NCBI GenBank assembly: GCA_963810985.1
Contig: CAWEPP010000011.1
Coordinates: 1 to 24,000, forward strand
From: an uncultured beta proteobacterium
GTDB lineage: Bacteria; Pseudomonadota; Gammaproteobacteria; Burkholderiales; Burkholderiaceae_F
DNA: 24,000 nucleotides
Direction: 5' to 3'
In this document: piece by piece, positions 18,070 to 24,000 of the stretch
Layout: the number at the start of each line of letters is the position of its first letter
Position numbering within the stretch: the first letter of the stretch is position 1
The notes under the pieces: generated by a model
The model's input: only the letters and a program-made list of their open reading frames with translations
What the model was told of the DNA's origin: nothing
The model's database searches: none
Position numbers and translations under genes: made by a program

Positions 18070-18469
18070 CGACTTCCGCAGTGATTCCCGGCGAATTGCT
18101 CGCCGCCACCGGTGAGATCGAACTGAACGCCGGCCGCAAGACCGTGCGCGTGACAGTGGCCAATGCGGGCGACCGGCCGATCCAGGTCGGCTCCCACTTT
18201 CATTTCTTCGAGACCAACGAGGCGCTGCACTTCGATCGCGTCGCCGCGCGCGGCTTTCGCTTGAACATCGCCGCCGGGACGGCGGTGCGCTTCGAGCCCG
18301 GACAGGAACGTGAGGTGGAACTGGTGGCGCTCGCTGGCGATCGCATCGTCTACGGATTCAACGCAAAAGTGATGGGTCGGCTCGACACGAAGCCGCCGAA
18401 GGCAGCGGTTCCCGGGAAGCCCACCCTGAAGAAGACGGCGCGAAAGACCGCAAAGAAAGGGAGCCGCGC

Positions 18470-18473
<4 letters not shown>
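18066..18473 (+). CDS. ureB: urease beta subunit with lysine-rich C-terminal tail
   Basis: The track ORF 18015..18473 is trimmed to GTG 18066 (GGAG 4 nt upstream, GTGA overlap with the GNAT stop). The core reads [45 protein letters not shown]...[13 protein letters not shown]. The last 29 aa, [29 protein letters not shown], are extra. The stop overlaps the ureC ATG (ATGA). Confidence 0.9.
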
Positions 18474-20184
<1,711 letters not shown>

Positions 20185-20194
20185 ACTTCAATCG

Positions 20195-20732
20195 ATGCTC
20201 CGCCTGACACACCTGCTCGATCGTCCGCTCGCCGCGCCGGGGGCGGACCGCGCCGTGCTGCTGCGTCTCGCCTATGGCGAGCGCGTGAAGAGCCGGCTCG
20301 CCACGATGAGCGTGGACGGGCAGGCCGTGGCGATCCTGCTCCCGCGCGGCAGCGTAATGCGCGATGGCTCGCTACTCGCGGGCGACGATGGCGCACTGGC
20401 ACGCGTCGAGGCCGCCCCGGAACCGGTGACCCGCGTGACCGCCGACACAACGCTGGACGCTGCTGCGCGCCGTGTACCACCTGGCCAACCGACATGTGCC
20501 CGCGCAACTCGCTGTTGACCACGCGCTGATCGAGCGCGATCCGGTGCTGGAAGCCATGCTGCGCGGACTCGGCGCGCGCGTCGAGCACATCGACGCGCCA
20601 TTCGATCCGGAAGGCGGCGCCTATCACGGTGAGCATCATCACGGTCCGTCGCATCGAGAAGAGGTCGACGCGGTCTCGGCCACGATCGGCGAGCAGCTGT
20701 CGATCGCCGCTCACGCGCAGCGCAAGGCATGA
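20195..20732 (+). pseudogene. ureE: urease accessory protein UreE, reading frame broken once (+1 at ~20459)
   Basis: ATG 20195 gives [11 protein letters not shown]...VTRVTADTTLD in the frame of track ORF 20111..20518. The sequence continues one frame over as LLRAVYHLANRHVPAQL...APFDPEGGAYHGEHHHGPSH (track ORF 20472..20732). The (A/G)NRHV and PF.PE.GAY motifs are UreE hallmarks. The stop overlaps the ureF ATG. Confidence 0.85.
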
Positions 20733-21421
20733 AGCGCGACAACGCCAGCCTGAACAGCAGCGCGGGCCTGCGACCTCTGCTCGCGCTGTTGCACCTCGCA
20801 AGTCCGGCGCTGCCGGTCGGCGGCTTCGCCTATTCGCAGGGCCTCGAATCGGCGATCAGTGATGGACTCGTGCACGATGCTGTCACGGCGCAACGCTGGA
20901 TCGGCGACATGCTGGCGCTCGTCCTGGCGCGCTTCGAGGCCCCGGTATGGCTGCGGATCTATGACGCCGCGCTGACGCAAGATGAGCAGGCTTTGCTGCA
21001 ATGGAACGAGGAACTGCTCGCCACCCGCGAGACAGCCGAACTGCGCGCCGAGTCGCTGCAGATGGGTGCTTCGATGCTGCGCGTCTACACGCCGCTGAAC
21101 CTCACCGTCCCGCCGCTACCGGACGCGACCTACACGGCCGCCTTCGCCACCGCCTGCGCGCAGCTGGGCATCGATCGCCTGGACGGTCTGGCAGCGTACC
21201 TGTGGGCGTGGACCGAAAGCCAGGTGCTGGTCGCCGTGAAAACCGTGCCGCTCGGGCAGCAGTCGGGCCAGGCGATGCTGTTCGCACTCCACGGCACCGT
21301 GCAACGGGCTGTCGAGAATGCTGCGACGCTCACTGATGACGACCTCGGCACGGTCGCCATCGGCTTCGCGCTGCGTTCGGCACATCACGAGACCCAATAC
21401 TCCCGGCTGTTCCGCTCCTGA
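20729..21421 (+). CDS. ureF: urease accessory protein UreF
   Basis: 230 aa with [24 protein letters not shown], the characteristic UreF N-terminal motif. Confidence 0.9.
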   Translation: MKRDNASLNSSAGLRPLLALLHLASPALPVGGFAYSQGLESAISDGLVHDAVTAQRWIGDMLALVLARFEAPVWLRIYDAALTQDEQALLQWNEELLATRETAELRAESLQMGASMLRVYTPLNLTVPPLPDATYTAAFATACAQLGIDRLDGLAAYLWAWTESQVLVAVKTVPLGQQSGQAMLFALHGTVQRAVENAATLTDDDLGTVAIGFALRSAHHETQYSRLFRS

Positions 21422-21429
21422 GCCCGACG

Positions 21430-22089
21430 ATGACGACAATCTCCTTAGCAAGCGAACCGCCGCGCGTGAAGACCGGGCGTCCTGCCGGCCCGCTGCGCGT
21501 CGGCGTCGGCGGGCCCGTGGGCTCCGGCAAGACGACATTGGTCGAAGTGCTGTGCAAGCGCATGCGCGACCGCTACCGCCTCGCCGTCATCACCAATGAC
21601 ATCTACACGAAGGAGGACGAGCGCCTGCTGGTGACCGCCGAGGCGCTGACACCGGACCGCATCATGGGCGTGGAGACCGGCGGCTGCCCCCACACCGCGA
21701 TCCGCGAGGACGCCTCGATCAATCTCGAGGCGGTCGACCGCATGTGCCGCCGCTTTCCGGATCTCGAACTGATCTTCATCGAGTCCGGCGGCGACAACCT
21801 CGCCGCGACCTTCAGCCCGGAACTCTCCGACCTGACGATCTACGTCATCGACGTCGCCGGCGGCGAGAAGATCCCGCGCAAGGGCGGGCCCGGCATCACC
21901 AAGAGCGACCTGCTGGTCATCAACAAGATCGACCTCGCACCGCATGTCGGCGCCAACCTCGACGTGATGCGGCACGACACCGAACGCATGCGCGCGGCGC
22001 GGCCCTACGTGATGACCAACCTGAAGTCCGGCGTAGGCGTCGACCGGGTGATCGCATTCATCGAACAGCAGGGGCTGCTGATCGCCTGA
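21430..22089 (+). CDS. ureG: urease accessory GTPase UreG
   Basis: 219 aa with P-loop [21 protein letters not shown], the metal site [20 protein letters not shown] and INKIDL. Confidence 0.96.
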   Translation: MTTISLASEPPRVKTGRPAGPLRVGVGGPVGSGKTTLVEVLCKRMRDRYRLAVITNDIYTKEDERLLVTAEALTPDRIMGVETGGCPHTAIREDASINLEAVDRMCRRFPDLELIFIESGGDNLAATFSPELSDLTIYVIDVAGGEKIPRKGGPGITKSDLLVINKIDLAPHVGANLDVMRHDTERMRAARPYVMTNLKSGVGVDRVIAFIEQQGLLIA

Positions 22090-22163
22090 GCGCGCACCCG
22101 GTCTCGACGCGGGTTGGCGGTGATCAATGACGTCGGTTGCCCGCCGATCTAGACTGCCGCTCC

Positions 22164-22779
22164 ATGTTTCATCCCGCCCAGGCGCCGGCCCGGCACACGT
22201 TCTTCGAGGACGTGCAGGCCCTTGTCACGGCGACGCTGTTCGTTGCGCTCGGGGTCGGCATGTACGGGCACGCGGGCCTGCTGACAGGTGGTACGGCCGG
22301 TATCGCATTCCTCGTGCATTACGTCACCGGCTGGCGCTTCGGCCCGGTTTTCTTCGTGCTCAACCTGCCATTCGCCTGGTTCGCCGTGCGCACCATGGGC
22401 TGGCGCTTCACCATCAAGACTTTTGCTCGCGGTCGCGCTGCTGTCGGTCTTTACGGAAGCGCTGCCGCTCGTGTTGCGATTCGACTGGCTGCAACCGATC
22501 TACGCCGCCGTGATGGGCGGTTTTCTCATAGGCGTTGGGCTGCTGATGCTGTTTCGCCATCAGGCCAGCCTCGGTGGATTGAACGTACTCGTGCTGTGGC
22601 TGCAGCAACGTTATGGCTGGCGAGCCGGGGCCGTGCAGATGGGCATCGACTGCCTTATCGTCGTGGCGGCGCTCGCGATCGTCGATCCCGTGCTGGTCGC
22701 GATTTCCGTCATCGGAGCCGTGGCCTTGAACCTCGTGGTCGCGGTCAATCACAAGCCGGGCAGATATCTCGGTATGTGA
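22164..22779 (+). pseudogene. YitT-family (DUF161-type) membrane protein, frame broken once (+1 at T4 run 22421-22424)
   Basis: ATG 22164 gives MFHPAQAPARHTFFEDVQALVTATLFVALGV...GLLTGGTAGIAFLV...MGWRFTIKTF. The sequence continues one frame over as (L)LAVALLSVFTEALP...LMLFRHQASLGGLNVL...GAVQMGIDCLIV...NHKPGRYLGM* (track ORF 22288..22779). The two parts are colinear with YitT-family proteins as I remember them. Confidence 0.8.
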
Positions 22780-23014
22780 TGCAGCCCTCCTGGAGGAGGA
22801 TTCAGCTATCATCGGCCATTACGGCCGATCATGCTTCGACCCGATGGCGGACCTTGGGCAGCAACGCTAAGCTCGCCGAATGCAGCATCGCTACCGGTCT
22901 GACGAGCCATCGGGCAGTTCCCGCGCCGCCAACCGGGTGCCCGGGTACGGCCGATTGCCGGCAACAGGCAGACAATCGAGGGTCGCCCGATAGCGGACAG
23001 CAACCCCGCACACC

Positions 23015-23521
23015 ATGAAGATCTTCGTCTCGTACAGCCCTGCGGATAACGAGTTGGTGGCCGCGATCGTTTCCCTTCTGTGCGCGAACAACAGCTCGCT
23101 CACCTGCTGCGACGCAGACTCGATACGCGCGAGTGGCCGATGGCGCGAGGAATTGGGAACCGCAATTTCCGAGGCGAATGTGGTTTTGGTGTTCTGGTGC
23201 CACCACTCCCAAACGTCGTATGAAGTGCGGAAGGAGTTCGCGCTTGCGCTCGAACAAGGCAAGGACATCCTGCCCTTGCTATTGGATGGAACTCCATTGC
23301 CCAGCAAGCTTGCCAACCGCCGCACCATCGACTTCGGTGACCGGGTCAGCGTGATACACGGGGGACTGCCCGGCCAGGAAGAGCCAGGGGACCTGGCAGG
23401 GCGGGTAGAAGCGGATCGCCTGATAGCCAAAGACCTGTCAAGACAGTACGAGGAGCTGCTGGTGATGAGCCTCGCGAGGGAAATCGAAACGGAGTTGGCC
23501 TCCAGGCTGGGACCAAAATGA
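23015..23521 (+). CDS. stand-alone TIR-domain protein
   Basis: 168 aa. MKIFVSYSPADNELVAAIVSLL...WREELGTAISEANVVLVFWCHHSQTSYEVRKEFALALEQGKDILPLLLDG follows the bacterial TIR_2 pattern (KIF[IV]SYS..D, W...I..AI...., S..S.W...E, I[IL]P[VL]L). There is no obvious SD. Many A/T-ending codons (GAT, AAT, TTG, ATA, GGA, CAA, AAA) contrast with the rest of the window. Confidence 0.8.
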   Translation: MKIFVSYSPADNELVAAIVSLLCANNSSLTCCDADSIRASGRWREELGTAISEANVVLVFWCHHSQTSYEVRKEFALALEQGKDILPLLLDGTPLPSKLANRRTIDFGDRVSVIHGGLPGQEEPGDLAGRVEADRLIAKDLSRQYEELLVMSLAREIETELASRLGPK

Positions 23522-23569
23522 GGCTCTCTGGCTGGAACGGTGGGCGTCACGAGTCCGGGCCGTGGGGCC

Positions 23570-23597
23570 CTGGCGGTTCAGTGGCCTGATCCGCCAG
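23570..23597. terminator. possible bidirectional stem-loop between convergent TIR and ferritin-like genes
   Basis: CTGGCGG (23570-23576) pairs with CCGCCAG (23591-23597), with a 14-nt loop. There is no U/A tract, so this is weak. Confidence 0.25.
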
Positions 23598-23643
23598 GCA
23601 ACCCGTCACTGCGACTTCGCACTCCCGGACTTCGGCTGAGACT

Positions 23644-24000
23644 CTAGTAGCCCATCCTCATGGACGTGTCGTCCTCGTCTTCAACGTCGACCTTGGCTGA
23701 CGGCGGCAACTTCGCGATGATCTCTTCGATCATGCGAACGTGCTCGGCCTCTTCGTCCCGCAACTCCTCGAACAGCGCCTTGACGTCCGGCTGTGTCACG
23801 CTGCGCAGCGCCCTGTCGTAGAACGCGAAAGCTTTCTTCTCGGAGTGCAAAGCCACCTGGTAGGCCTTGAACTCGGACATGTCCCAGCGGGTCGAGCCGA
23901 CGTCGGGGGCCTCCACATCAAAGATGTCGTCGAGCCTGACTCTTGCCGGCTCATTGCCAAACAGTGCACGCCGGCGTTCGGCGAGCTCATCACCGTGTTT
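23644..24000 (-). CDS. ferritin-like/rubrerythrin-family protein, C-terminal part (gene continues past right edge)
   Basis: The track ORF 23644..23916 begins at an internal GTG. The frame stays open to position 24000 (..HGDELAERRRALFGNEPARVRLDDIFDVEAPDVG..). The segment QVALHSEKKAFAFYDRAL...VKALFEELRDEEAEHVRMIEEII has the E..H di-iron helix pattern of rubrerythrin/ferritin-like domains. Confidence 0.7.
   Translation of the reverse strand, partial: KHGDELAERRRALFGNEPARVRLDDIFDVEAPDVGSTRWDMSEFKAYQVALHSEKKAFAFYDRALRSVTQPDVKALFEELRDEEAEHVRMIEEIIAKLPPSAKVDVEDEDDTSMRMGY

Noticed and set aside
18451-18460. CAAAGAAAGG in the UreB tail matches the CAAAGAAAGG module of the palindromic element (15161-15170)
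   Set aside because: Only a 10-mer is shared, and it is made of Lys codons (AAG AAA). The flanks show no further similarity, so this is most likely coincidence.
22829-23550. Minus-strand ORFs 22829..23257 and 22891..23550
   Set aside because: They are antisense to the TIR gene, whose motif pattern is specific. They have no recognisable domains.

Overview
High-GC, Burkholderiales-like chromosomal segment, almost entirely coding. No rRNA, tRNA, CRISPR array or transposase gene was recognised.

**Layout**
- **1-5260:** red-type (form IC) Calvin-cycle operon cbbL-cbbS-cbbX-cbbF-cbbP on the minus strand, with the divergent LysR regulator cbbR.
- **5301-9776:** periplasmic rhodanese, a FAH-family hydrolase with an unexpected Tat/lipoprotein-type leader, an EamA/DMT permease, a short AAA+-like protein with a destroyed Walker A, and an ABC1/UbiB-family kinase.
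- **9963-22089:** one co-directional block. The urea ABC transporter urtABCDE runs straight into ureD-ureA-(GNAT)-ureB-ureC-ureE-ureF-ureG. A YitT-family membrane protein follows.
- **22780-24000:** compositionally lighter DNA with a stand-alone 168-aa TIR-domain protein. A convergent ferritin/rubrerythrin-like gene leaves the window.

**Non-standard observations**
1. A ~570-bp imperfect palindrome with AT-rich hairpin termini (MITE/REP-like) fills the urtD-urtE junction inside the operon.
2. Four single-base (+1) frame disruptions sit within 3.8 kb: two in ureC, one in ureE, one in the YitT gene. The preceding 18.6 kb has none. This is either recent urease decay or local sequence error.
3. 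A GNAT acetyltransferase is translationally coupled between ureA and ureB.
4. UreB carries a 29-aa lysine-rich tail.
5. The TIR gene is an orphan in atypical-codon DNA.

I do not see a complete multi-gene system that I can call novel. The TIR islet and the palindromic element are the best leads.
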